A DNA stretch of 64,000 bases from Oopsacas minuta (taxonomy: Eukaryota; Animalia; Porifera), in assembly GCA_024704765.1 (NCBI GenBank), contig JAKMXF010000022.1, positions 635,055-699,054 on the forward strand, read 5' to 3'. Below are positions 1-12,037 of the stretch, one piece after another. The notes beneath the pieces are model-generated. The model made no database searches. It was not told the origin of the DNA and saw only the letters and a list, made by a program, of their open reading frames with translations. A program made the position numbers and the translations under genes. Numbering within the stretch: the stretch's first letter is position 1; each line of letters opens with the position of its first letter.

Positions 1-337
1 CGGCCCAAATCCCGAAGCCTGATCGTGCTCGGTCGTTGGTTAAAGACCTCAGGCCGAGAATTCAGGCCCATTGCGACCTCTAACTTAAATTAGCCGTCCA
101 AAACTAAGGATTATCCTTATTGCGATGATGAGAACATTTAGGTATGATAAATGTCAACATGACTGGGAATTTCTTGCGTTGCCATACATTATTTAAAACG
201 TTTTATTTTCCTGACGGTTCGAGATAGCGTATGTGTGTGTGTATTTATATACGCGGATTTCATTATAAGCTTATATGAAACAGTCCTGTGAGCATTCGAT
301 AAACCCTGCACGCATGTACATTCGCATATGGAATTAG

Positions 338-1055
338 TAGGGTGACAATTGTCCAGGATTTATCCTGAACAATACACAGGGCTCTCAACTCTCACGAGAG
401 CTCTGTGTACTGTCCATTTTGCTCTCCCATATGATACATAGTACACAGACATGCGCGTTAAATGTTTTGTGCGAAGCTTGTGCGATGTTTGTGCACAAAA
501 CATTAGTGCCTTCTTGGATGTTGTGCCAGTGTATTTTACACACTATTTTACTTGTTGTCGAGCGTATTTACCTTGGATTAGTGGTTAAGAAACCCTGTAT
601 GTTATGCCAGCGAATTTTAACACATTATTCGAGTTCAAAAGAGGAAACTTCAACCATTGATATTAAAATGACGAAAGGGTTACACTAGGTTTTTACACAC
701 CACTTAATAAACAAGCATGCTCTGTGTACTTTTAATTCCTCGATATTTCCAGGTTGAGAGGCCTGCATTACAGCCAAAATTCCTGTGTCCAGGATTCGGA
801 TTTTAATACCTATGTTACAGGATTCTCGAGATTATTATATTGAATAGAAGGATACGTATTACAATTCTTAATTAAACTGGCTATCAATACGAGCGGCAGC
901 CATGTTAAATAAGGTTTCACGCTATTTCTATTACAAAGTTAAACATCCAGTTATAATTCTATAACATATACTTGTCAAAGATATAGTGCCCACAGGAATA
1001 TTTGTGGATGTGCTCCAATGTCCAGGATTTATACCGAAACATGTTCGTCACCCTT
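338..1055. mobile_element. Non-autonomous hAT-type DNA transposon (~718 bp)
   Basis: Termini TAGGGTGAC (338) and GTCACCCTT (1047-1055) are inverted with one mismatch. Perfect 8-bp target-site duplication GGAATTAG at 330-337 and 1056-1063. Subterminal motif GTCCAGGATT recurs near 351, 787 and 1020. An 8-bp TSD is characteristic of hAT elements. Confidence 0.85.
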
Positions 1056-1229
1056 GGAATTAGCAAATTGGCATTGTGGGTTTAAGTAACTATCTTTGGG
1101 GATGATCAGTGTCTTTGGTTACGATTTTTTAGGTAGGGAAGGTTATATTTGTGCTAGTTAAACACAATTCTATTAAGAGGGGATCATGGCCTATATTAGA
1201 CTATATTTGCTGTTGGGGAAGGTTATATT

Positions 1230-1700
1230 TGGAGGTATTAAAAAGTACAATGAACGTGTCCATTAGGTACAGTAGCTAGTAGTCATGTCCATTAGGTAAA
1301 CTGCATGTACGTGTTCAAGATTAGTGTCATTGGACATAAGAAATCCCCTCCCTCCCGAGGTATTAAATAGTCGAGTGCGCATGCTCACAGAGTCCACGTC
1401 ACGATCGTAACGAATCCAAGAAAGAATAACAATTTCTCTTCACTTATAGTGAGTATAAATCCACTGACGAACAATATTGTCTCTATTTTAAGAAATTTCC
1501 AATTCAACATCTTGTATAACTCCTTCTATCGCTACTCTAGATACTAAGCATGCACCCTCGACTTAGAGTTATGAGCATGCGCACTCAACTTTTTAATACC
1601 TCGAGAGAGGGAGGGGATCTCCTATGTCCAATGACACTAGTCTTGAACACGTACATGCAGTTTACCTGATTGGACATGTCCACTGTACTTTTTAATATAT
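1230..1700. mobile_element. Foldback / long-TIR element (MULE-like)
   Basis: About 100 bp at 1284-1387 is the imperfect reverse complement of 1572-1678. 1230-1270 also pairs with 1661-1700, and a related motif recurs near 3092-3125. No clear TSD. Confidence 0.65.
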
Positions 1701-1879
1701 GGAGTATTCGAAAACTATACAGTGGAGACTTAACTGTATGTATTTCTATTGGATGTTGACCAGAACCTCTAGAAATGTTTAAGAGCAAGTCGGTTGCTTT
1801 ACCTTCTCTCTCAGATATTCTCTGGCAATATTCTTCTAATTTCCCTGCAAAATACGTTAGGAGTGTATGTGAGGGAAGA

Positions 1880-2290
1880 AATGCATAATAACTGCATGAA
1901 TTGACTCGGATCGTTGTGTAAAACGCCCCCTAGTGTCAAATATTCCATGCTCACCTTGAAACCCATTGTGCTTTTCGTTCATACAAACTCTGCAACCATT
2001 TCATTGCAGATTCTAATGCTGTTTTTGTCAGTACTGTGCTCAATAGACTCGAGTATTGTTAATAGATCATGCCACTCTTCATCAAAACTAATACATGATT
2101 CAGCATCTGCTTTTACAAATCTTCCACCAGCAATTGCAAAACTTATTCCAAATCGCTTTGGTATTCCAGTTTTCATATGAGCATATAGACTTTTAGAAAG
2201 ATGATACGTACATAGTAGACAAGATATATATGTTAACGCATTGCGGAGAGCAACAGCCACTGCTGGATCTCCATCAGTAAACAAAGAGCA
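1880..2290 (-). pseudogene. Degenerate Mutator (MULE/FAR1-like) transposase fragment
   Basis: ORF 1979-2284 reads TDGDPAVAVALRNALTYISCLLCTYHLSKSL, matching the MULE TDxDxA...CxxH core. A frameshifted TQRSESIH motif (1919-1896) matches the FAR1/MULE xQRSESxN region. Stops and a frameshift are present. Confidence 0.75.
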
Positions 2291-2444
2291 AACATGATAC
2301 TGCCATAATCTTTAAATCAGCTTACTTTATGTCCCCAAAAAGTGAACAAAAATATTCACAATATGTTGTTTACAATATCATATTTGATTCAGCATACTCG
2401 ATTAGCCAGTATAGCAGTTGAAAGTATGAATCTAACACTATCTT

Positions 2445-2746
2445 GAACTGCTAGAAACTGCAGGAAACTGGTAGAAACTGCTGGAAACTGCTGGAAACTG
2501 CTGAAACTGCTGAAACTGCTGAAAATGCTGGGAACTGCTAGAAACTGCTGGAAACTGCTGGAAATTGCTAGAAACTGCTAGAAACTGCTAGAAACTGCTG
2601 GAAACTGCTAGAAACTGCTGGAAACTGCTGGAAACTGCTAGAAACTGCTGGAAACTGCTGGAAACTGTGCGAAACGTCTGGAAACTGTGGGAAACTGTGC
2701 GAAATTGCTGGAAACTGTGGGAAACTGCTGGAAACTGACAGAAACT
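2445..2746. repeat. Decamer tandem array (GAAACTGCTG/GAAACTGCTA)n, ~30 copies
   Basis: Directly visible 10-bp period with occasional 9-bp units and variants. Confidence 0.95.
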
Positions 2747-3005
2747 TTTGGATTAATTGTACGTAAATGTATTGTTTTTTATGAATATAAAGTAGACAAA
2801 TTCGTAAAATCTCAAATATATATACAGGTTTGCTCTAAACGGCTACACAGGGGTAACACAGATCGCTGAATCCGAATTTCGCATTTTCAAGTTTCTCATA
2901 TGTAAATTTATAGTTGTTTTTATGGATATAAAGTAACAAATTTCTAGATTGTTGTATAATCATACTTTTAACGACTATGCTGGGGTAATCGAGTATACTG
3001 AGTCC
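2747..3005. repeat. Dispersed repeat with ~140-bp internal unit; second locus at ~20240-20600
   Basis: GCTTGCTCTAAACRGCTACACAGGGGTAAC...GCTGAATCCGAATTTCGCATTTTCAAG-like sequence is shared with 20430-20560. Confidence 0.8.
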
Positions 3006-3075
3006 GAACATGGTAGAACATGGTAGAACACGGTAGAACACGGTAGAACGTGGTGGAACATGGAGGAACATGGTA
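3006..3075. repeat. Decamer tandem array (GAACAYGGTA)n, ~7 copies
   Basis: Directly visible 10-bp period, followed by one GAAACTGCTG unit. Confidence 0.9.
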
Positions 3076-3312
3076 GAAACTGCTGGAAAATGTACCTAAT
3101 GGGCATATCCACTGTACTTTTAATATATGTATATTTGGACTTACATGTGGGTTGACAATTTGCATAGCTCGTGTACTGATCCTAATCCGCATACGTATAG
3201 TGGCTAATGAAAATGCGCACAGGACTTTCAATACCTCATATTAGTACTACTGTCCAAATGGAATGGACGCTGTACTGTGTGCAGCGTTCACATGTTAGAT
3301 GGTACACCATCC

Positions 3313-3680
3313 GGTGTCACAGCGAATAGTGTTCCCTGTGACTAACGTTCCCTTCTAGTGAGTAGTGTCCCCCATATTCACATGAGGGAATAGTGCTCTA
3401 GGGAATATTATCCACTAAGAAATTATTTTTAGGAGGTTTTAAAAACGTAAATCCGCATAAGGAATCTAGGAGGTTTTAAATAAGTATATCCGCATGAGGA
3501 ATCTAGGAGGTTTTAAATAAGTATATCCGCATGAGGAACTTCCGCAAATTTGACCCTTTCCAACATCAATATAGTTACATATTCCGCATGCAGATTAACA
3601 TTTTAGATAGCTTTGAACTGTTTAGGAACCATTTTCCCTTGTGAATAATGTTCGGGGACCATTATTCACTGTGACACACC
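3313..3680. mobile_element. Probable MITE with internal 37-bp tandem triplication (3431-3541)
   Basis: GGTGTCACAGCGAATAGTGTTCCC (3313) is an imperfect inverted match to GGGGACCATTATTCACTGTGACACACC (3654-3680). Unit AGGAGGTTTTAAATAAGTATATCCGCATGAGGAATCT occurs three times. Confidence 0.55.
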
Positions 3681-3820
3681 AGAGTTGCATAGAATAAAGT
3701 TTCAGTGGGCGTGTCTAATTTCCGGAACGTGACATGACATGACATAACCCTCGCTCGCCCATCGACATGCGTGACCTACCATCTACATTCGATTTAATTA
3801 GCTAGTTTTGAGTATACGAA

Positions 3821-6800
3821 ATGGCAACGGAGTCATTGGAACCAGACTCTTCCATCTCTGCACTTGATGACAAAAAGGACGTGTTATCACAGCTCTTTGT
3901 CTCTGGAAAGTTTGAGCGTCTCCTAGAGGAGATAGAAGCTGGGAGTGGTCAGGTTAGCGCTACTATTCGGAGTGTTTATGATTCAGACGAACAGAATGAT
4001 TTCGAACAAGCACTCGAGGTACGTCTTCAGACCAATTCTAAAGAAATAGAGAGAATGTGTAACAAGAATTATCAGGGATTTATTGAAGCAGTTGGTAAGC
4101 TAGATGAAGTGAGAGCAGATTCAGATTCACTCAAAAGCCAAATTATAAAAGTTGACAAATCTAATCAACATTCTGGCATTGATGTACTCGCTAAATTCTC
4201 TGAATTAGAACAGGGGCGTAACGTTCAGCTCAATGTTATGCGTACAATAGAGAATATTACAATGTGTATTCCTGCACTGGAGATGTATTGCAGACTACTG
4301 GATCAGATCGACAAAAAGCAGCACTACGGAGCTCTCAAAACCTTAGAACATCTTGAACACGTCACACTACCGAAGGTTTCCCAGTTTACCTTCTGCAATC
4401 TAATGACAGAACGTATACCTGAGATTAGACAGCTGATTAAGAAGAAGAGTAGAGCAGATATCAGAGAGTTTTTAGAGAAGGTTCGTGAGAAGAGTGAGTA
4501 CATAGGAGAAGTAGCTATGCATCAAACTCTAAGACACAGTAACATAGAAATGATGAAAGAGGTAATCTCAAGGATTAATCCGCTGCAGGATCAGGAGACT
4601 GATCTGTGTGCACAAGACCTACTTAACTTCTCTCCTGTGTACAAATGCTTACATATATATTCAGTGCTTGGTGCTAGAGAAGAGTTTGAGTCATACTACC
4701 GTGATCAGAGACACAGACAAGCTCGTTTAGTGCTGCAACAGAGACACGGACAATGGGAAGACTCCATACAGTTATTCAAGAGTTATTTCTTTCAAATAGC
4801 CGGATTCTTCGTGGTAGAAGATACTGTAATGCATACTACCCAAGGATTGGTAACTTCTACTGTAGCTGATGATCTATGGAGCATGGCAGTACATAGAATT
4901 ATGGCAGTACTACGCTCTCATAGCACTACGTGTAGGGAGATAGCTATATTAATGGGGATTAAGGAACTTGTTGTTTGGTTTTGTCAGACTATGAGGTCAT
5001 ACGGATACTCAGTAGAAAAACTATTTGAATTGCTTTTAGAGCTCAGAGAGATGTATGTAGATATTTTGATGAAGAATTTCGCAGATGATTTCGCACGAGA
5101 TTTTAGGAGATCTACGTTTATTCCAGTCTCTGTTAAGACAGAAGGAGAATATCAAAAGGTATAATATAGTAGATATACTCAAACCTTGTTAATACAAACA
5201 CTAGTGAGACGTAGTTCAATGGAATTCGCCTTATTAGCGAGTGGTATTTTCAAAGCATTTCTTGCTAATACGCGAACTTTACTATTAGCGAAACAGTTTC
5301 CAAAGCAAAATGAACTCTGTTCCTAGAATAACTTGTTATCAAGCTGTTATGCGTATGACACTGTGACTCCAGGTGTGAAGTAATAAACCTGTCCCTTTCA
5401 ATACTTTTCAATATGAATATTAATTTGTTTAAAACAAACTAAGTTGCAAATTTCGAATTTCGACGGTCCCCTTATGTATGTTTTACCGATATTCTACTGT
5501 ATTAAATTGATTTATACATCTTTAGGTTTGCTCTACTCTAAACTTCCATGATCCAGAATTAGCAAGAGCTGCTTTCCCCAAGCAGTTTAAGTTCTCTGAG
5601 TTGGTTTTACAAACGTTTAACTTGCTGAAAGATTTCATAAAGAATTGTAATCTCTTTACTTACAAACTCAACCTGAGTCAAACTGACATAGATGAACGAG
5701 TACGTAAATCTATCAATCACCTGTTCCAACGTACACTATCCTCACAGCTGAACCAGTTAGTGCGTAACACACGATTACAGGTGCAACAGCTGGCACAGGT
5801 CTACGTTGATTTCAGATACTTAGAAGGTTCATGTGCTGAACTGAGTAAGTTCATCTCTAAAACTACTCAGACAAGGAATGAAGGACCACACACTGTTCGC
5901 ATGCATGGAGCACAGGTTATGCGGGAAGCTTGTAAAGACTGTGAAGAGCAAATGATGATTCTTCTCTGTTCAAAGCTATCTGATTTTGTTGAGAGTTCAG
6001 AGTACGAATGGGAGTGTAAGCCTGGTTCTAACCATGCCTCAAAAAGTAGATTTATTGACGATGCCCTTCACTATGTGGACATAATGCTGGAGACCTTCAA
6101 ATCACTTCCTCCTGAGTTATCGAGACAATTATGTATAACTTCTTGTCGACATATGAGTGTAGAAGTACAGAGTCTAATTCTTAGCAGTGAAGTACCTGCT
6201 ATCTCACTGAACTGGTTTCTATTATTTGACACTGATCTCAATGCTTTGGAATCTTATTCACAGAGCTCTCATGTAAGTTAAATTGATATTTGGGACATTG
6301 TAGTTGTTGTCAAACTTGTGTGGCGCCGGGGGCCATATTTCAACTAATATGCAAGTAATACAGCATCAGCCTTATCCCTGGTCCTTGCTCCAATACGTAT
6401 TGTTATGTCAAGTACTCATTGAAATTACTTTATCTAATGATTATATTGTTACAGTTAATCTGTATAGAATATTAATTAATACTTTCTTACCAAATATATT
6501 TAATGCATTTTATTCAGTTATATTCCATTTACAAATTCTGATAGTTTAGTTATACATCCAGATAACTCATCTCAATTAATATATTTGGAAATTGGAATAC
6601 TCATTAAATCATATAAGATACTACTGTTAATGATTTTCTTTATAATAATTATAATTAGTCTATAGTGCATTAAACAGCATTTTCAATATATTTTCATTTA
6701 ATATATTCTGCCATCTTACCATTATGGAATACACTTCCTCTTCGAATCTTGGTGATAATTTCAATAGGAAGTGGGTTTGGTATAGCTTAGTCTTGACATA

Positions 6801-7555
6801 ACGAACCCTTTTGGTCTTGATCGCTTCGAGATAAATTGTCTTTTACAAAGACTTCAAGCAGTCTTTGTTCTTTCATACTTTTCGCCTCGAATATATAAGT
6901 GGTCCATAGATATATACGTATCATTACACTCCGTAAGTTTTCGTTTAACTGCAGAATTAACTTCCCTATCCATGTGCCAGGCCATTCTTATCTTTCGTGA
7001 AATCAATGCCAAGAGTTATTGTTTACTTGCGATTATGATAGTAATTACATCATGAGCGGATTTAGTAGCGTTTGAACTGTCCCTTGAATGAATTCCGAAC
7101 GCAAATACTCCCCGATTTCATTCTAGAAAACCACCATTTACATGTTGATGGTGACACAATATCGTTCTCTCTATATATAAAGAGTTGACAGAATATTTAT
7201 TCATATAAATCTCTAGGTTCATCGATTGGGGATATCAAGCAAGGAGATTCTCCAAGAATATGCCCCGCTTCGTCAACTTATCAAGCTAGCTCTCTCTGGA
7301 GACTGGAGCGGGTACATCACAGACTTTGAGTCTAATGGACCGATGTATCCCGACCTTTTACCTAGCAATGTTAATATTGTCATAAAGAAAGTGAGATTAT
7401 CTGAGTTCCCTAAAAAGTCAAGGAAGAAAGGTCTTCTCCATGTCCATGGAAAGAAGGAAAGTAATCCTTCAATAGAAGCTCGTGAGAACTATTACGATAT
7501 GATAATACAGAGAATAAACGGATTGAAAGAGAGAAAACCTCGTGAAAATAACTGA
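3821..7555 (+). CDS. EXOC6: Exocyst complex component 6 (Sec15), 3 exons, ~807 aa
   Basis: Exons 3821-5158, 5526-6272, 7217-7555, all phase-0 GT-AG junctions. Motifs EIERMCNKNYQGFI, QHYGALKTLEHLEH, NFSPVYKCLHIYSVLG, FQIAGFFVVED, LRQLIKLALSGDW match the Sec15/EXOC6 family. Confidence 0.92.
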
Positions 7556-7699
7556 TAACTAAATTACATTCTTCAATACGAGAAAATGAATGCTCTTTCA
7601 TGACTATGGAGATAAGAGGTGTATACAGTTAATTTGTTTAAATTTTTGAATTAGTCTTCTATATTACATACAATATTAGTATTTGATATTACCGGCTAG

Positions 7700-7955
7700 T
7701 ATTTATAATACGTATAAATACGGTATACGTGATTTATTTGAACGTATTATAGGTTAAACTCGAAATATTAGATTTTGGCATTGTTACACTTGTATAAGTC
7801 ACATTATTATCAAGTATTACATAATTTGGTCAACTATGATGAGACTTCTCACTAACAATTCGAGAACTACTGTTTTGATGAAAAATATTTATGGTAGAAA
7901 TCAGCCTAATAGAATTACGTCACCAATTAATTGTAGATTGAACTTGAACGTATTA
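7700..7955. mobile_element. ~240-bp dispersed MITE-like repeat (copy 1)
   Basis: Closely similar to 41300-41513; shared core CTTGTATAAGTCACATTATTATCAAG...ATAATTTGGTCAACTATG...CAGCCTAATAGAA. Confidence 0.8.
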
Positions 7956-8045
7956 AACAACTTTATATATTTCTCATACATAGCCAAATCCTACCTTGCA
8001 GATAATTTTGTGAATATTTGTGAGTACATTTAGCAGCAAATTTTA

Positions 8046-9788
8046 ATGGCCAGTGAATCCTCAACCTCTGGAGATTCTACTGTACAGGTTCCTCCACAAC
8101 AAGTGCTGAATGTTAATGTGGGTGTATTAGGACATGTAGACAGTGGGAAGACTAGCCTCTGTGCTGTATTGAGTACAATAGCATCTACTGCTTCATTTGA
8201 CAAGAGCAGACAGAGCAAGGAACGTGGTATTACTCTAGATTTAGGTTTCTCATGTTTCCTAACTCCTGTACCAGAACATCTATGCTCTCAGGTACCAGAA
8301 CAGATATCACATCTACAGTATACCCTTGTAGATTGTCCAGGGCATGCTTCCCTTATCCGTACTATAATAGGAGGTGCACAGATAATAGACATGATGATAT
8401 TAGTGTTAGACATTACCAAAGGCATTCAGACACAAACTGCAGAGTGTTTAGTCATTTGTCGTATTACACAACGTAAGCTACTGGTAGTACTTAATAAGGT
8501 AGATATGCTGGAGGAGAGTAAGAGAGTAGTTAGTGTAGAGAGAACGGCCAAGAGAATGAGGAAAGCCTTACAGAGCATGGATATAGAAGCTGTAGATATT
8601 GTAGCAGTATCTGCTCGTCCTGACGGTATAGAGACCAGTATAGACAAGGCCATAGGGATACGAGAACTAATCAGCTGTTTGAATGTTCACACTGATATGC
8701 CGGTTAGAACTTCTAAAGGTCCGTTCTTATTCGCAGTGGACCACTGTTTCCTTATTCGTGGACAAGGTACCGTGATGACTGGTACGGTATTAAGTGGGAT
8801 TATTCGTGTTAACGATGCAGTCCTTATACCCGCTCTCTCACTCAGTAGGAAAGTTAAATCCATGCAAATGTTCAGACAGCCTGTACAGAGTGCTATGCAA
8901 GGAGATCGGTTAGGTATTTGTGTTACTCATTTCGAACCTAAGCTCTTGGAGCGTGGACTGCTCTGCTCACCAGGAGCTGTACAGTCTCTATATGCAGCTA
9001 TTGTACAGGTTAACAAGATTCCGTTCTTTAAATTCCCTATTACTTCCAAAAGCAAACTTCACATATCAATTGGTCACGAGACTGCTATGGCTAATATTCT
9101 ATTATTCTCATCACCACATCATGCTATGTCTAAAGAATTCTCGTTTGCAGAGGAGTATACTTACGTTGAAGACTTCTCTCACACTCAAACTATTCCGATA
9201 GATACTTCTCCTGTTGATGTTGAAGGTGCTTGTGTAGACACACAGCCTATTCCTAACACCGTATATGCTCTATTGGAATTCGAGAAACCTGTAATATGCT
9301 CACTCGACGCTCTGCTGATTGGTTCTAAGCTAGACATGGACATTCACACTAATCAGTGCCGTATTGCCTTTCAAGGAAATGTCCTATGTCCAATGACAGA
9401 TAAAAACTATACAAACTCAGTTCTACCAAGCCTAAAAGTGATAAAGTTTAAACAGAAGGAAGGTATTGTAGACCGGATACAAGATGAATATACTGTGATT
9501 GTTAAGTCCCTGTTTAAGAAGGAAACACACATAGATTTGTTTATTAATAAGAAGGTAACTCTATCAACAGGAGAAGTTGGTACAATTGAGGGCACATTTG
9601 GTAGTAGCGGAAAGATAAGAATTCGATTAAATTCTGGGTTATTTGAATCAAGTAAGAAACTTTTAGAACCGATAAAAAAGAAAGGAAATGAAAAGAATGT
9701 TAGTAGTGAACAGAATCAACAATCCATTGTAGTAACGCTAAGATTTAAAAAATATTTGTTCGAAAAGTCTAAGACTATTTTTCAATAA
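8046..9788 (+). CDS. EEFSEC: Selenocysteine-specific elongation factor eEFSec, intronless, 580 aa
   Basis: GTPase motifs NVGVLGHVDSGKT, ERGITLDLGFS, LVDCPGHASLIRTIIGGAQIID and NKVD; domain II DHCFLIRGQGTVMTGTVLSG; C-terminal GxIEGTFGSSGKIR typical of eukaryotic eEFSec. Confidence 0.96.
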   Translation: MASESSTSGDSTVQVPPQQVLNVNVGVLGHVDSGKTSLCAVLSTIASTASFDKSRQSKERGITLDLGFSCFLTPVPEHLCSQVPEQISHLQYTLVDCPGHASLIRTIIGGAQIIDMMILVLDITKGIQTQTAECLVICRITQRKLLVVLNKVDMLEESKRVVSVERTAKRMRKALQSMDIEAVDIVAVSARPDGIETSIDKAIGIRELISCLNVHTDMPVRTSKGPFLFAVDHCFLIRGQGTVMTGTVLSGIIRVNDAVLIPALSLSRKVKSMQMFRQPVQSAMQGDRLGICVTHFEPKLLERGLLCSPGAVQSLYAAIVQVNKIPFFKFPITSKSKLHISIGHETAMANILLFSSPHHAMSKEFSFAEEYTYVEDFSHTQTIPIDTSPVDVEGACVDTQPIPNTVYALLEFEKPVICSLDALLIGSKLDMDIHTNQCRIAFQGNVLCPMTDKNYTNSVLPSLKVIKFKQKEGIVDRIQDEYTVIVKSLFKKETHIDLFINKKVTLSTGEVGTIEGTFGSSGKIRIRLNSGLFESSKKLLEPIKKKGNEKNVSSEQNQQSIVVTLRFKKYLFEKSKTIFQ

Positions 9789-12037
9789 TATTTGTTGTTT
9801 CTTATTCATAATTAGCATATAATTTAGCACATGCAATTGGAATATTTTATTGTTCTCAACTTCAGTTTTTTCTAATTTTTGTTAGTTAGTCTTTAGAGAC
9901 TTTTTGCAAAGTGCGATTTGAAATTTTAATGGTGCTCTGTAGATATATTATACTTGCCAATTATCCTGTTTTGGTAAACCAGACCAACACTAAATATTTT
10001 CCCGCTAATTATATTTGATTTTCCCTTCCTATTTTTCCCTCATCTGCTCTGATTGCGGTGTATGATTCTGACATAATTATTTCCTTCATTCTTAATGAAC
10101 TCAACTTTCAAGAATTTCACCAATTCCAGCTTGTTTAATTTTCAGTATAACACGAATAAATTGCATTGCAATACTTATCATGTTTCATGATAAGTATCGG
10201 TGGAATATCCTGTGAATACTCATTAGTATATAACACTTAAGAATGATTGTGAGTCTGAATACTACCAGCTAATTCAACAAGGAATTTGTTTAATTGGAAA
10301 GTGTGGGCTGATGTGGATTTATTCTCTCACGAATCACCAGGATGTGTTCATTGTTATTTCCTTGTGACTTTCCTGAAGCCGAAACCTATGAACTTGTTGA
10401 GGTACTCCTATTATATTTATTGAACATTGAAGTCGTTTATAAATTCATCTACCATTTTTCGCAGAATAATCACTCAACACAACAGAATTTGTGATAAATT
10501 TCTCTTCATGCTTGCACTGAACAATATGAGTTTAATATTATTGTTAATATATTCATTGTTTGACCAAATACATCCATCACTACTACCAAAATGATAAGAT
10601 CGTATTCATTCACGTACGTGTATAAGTTCAGATTCCTCCTACTTGAAAATGTTAATAAGAATTCCATGAGCTGCTACTTGCAATCGTTATCTTAATCGTC
10701 ATTATACTGGCTAATGTGTTTCAATTACTCTAAATTATTTTAATATACTCTTTTAAGTTCATAACTATCTGATGTAAACCTCATTCAGGTGCAAGACTTG
10801 TGGCAAGGAATGTTAACCTCCCACCATAATTGGTGTTAATCTGATATATAATTGCCAGAAACTATTATATGATTTAACTTGTTTCTTTATTATATAATTT
10901 ATTTCCATTTACAGTATTATCCAAGTCGTTACTCAGGTGAATTTAAAGATACGACACTCCCTTTTTATAATTAAATAATCAGATAAAAAGATAATTGATA
11001 GCGCATACATATAGTACCGTAATATGTTTACGCTCTAACCTTCAGGGCAGGTGCTACAGGTACGGTGCTCGTCGCACCAATAATTGAGAATTCCACCCCC
11101 ACAAATGGTCAGATGTGATGAATGCCACACTAATATATTTTACCCTTGGAGTAATATGATTAATATCTGGACTGAAATTAGTCGAAATTTGGAGTGGTTA
11201 TATTTCTGAATGGATGAATCTTAACTCTTTATTTGTAAGTTAAGTAACCGTCTTCTTTATTTGCCATAAGATTTGTTGTTTCGCTATTTTAGGGTCGTTT
11301 TTATAGTGCACCATTCTATATACTTGAAAGAATTAATTAGAAACATATCAATTCAATTTCCTTGATAGCTTCTCGTAGTAAATAGGACTTCTAATCTCCT
11401 TTGAGGATCCTGTTATCCATGTAGATGATAATGGGTTCCTGATTTATTATTGCAGATCATGGCACTTTTGGTAGTATAGCTAATGTTTCGATGATACCTT
11501 ATATAGATTCGAATATTTTAACACAAACATTCATTCATTTATTATAAATGAGAATTATTTGCTAGATCTTAAATCAGTTCATTTATTTTAAACTGTTTAA
11601 TAGCGAATTTATTCAATTGCGTTTTACTAGTAAATATAATTATTTGTTAAATATCATAAATTGTAATAGATAACATATGATTACATTCTATAGTCTATAC
11701 TATGACTAAACTTCTTGTAAAATTTGATTGTTTAATATATAAAAATTTCACTATATCATGATCATGTCTTACAATGCTTGTTTTAAACCCTTAAAAGGTC
11801 TCTTTCATGTGTCGCAATGTTCCCGTCTGGCACTAAATAACCTCAAATCTTAGTCTAGGTATAAATTCTATGCAATTATACTGCATGAGCTAGAAATTTA
11901 TAATTTTATTCATCGACACAATGTCTGCATTTTTATCGATTATTCTTTGAGATTAGTCTATTTATAAAATTATTTTTTGGATATTAAATTTGTTTTGCAA
12001 GTATTTAAGTATTCGCTAATTAATTAGCAGTAGCGTT

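Noticed and set aside
150-180. GGTTCGA (tRNA T-loop-like) motif
   Set aside because: No acceptor, D or anticodon stems could be folded around it. No tRNA or rRNA gene was supportable anywhere in the window.
419-688. 89-aa ORF
   Set aside because: Lies inside the hAT element, has no recognisable motifs, and overlaps MULE-TIR-like sequence.
3431-3541. 37-bp and 27-bp (27407-27487) direct repeats as CRISPR-like arrays
   Set aside because: Units are head-to-tail with no unique spacers, no cas genes, and the context is eukaryotic.
10030-10560. Weak minus-strand peptide fragments ending in HNH (FLYWCH/transposase-like)
   Set aside because: Multiple stops and only a few matching residues; cannot be told from chance without a profile search.
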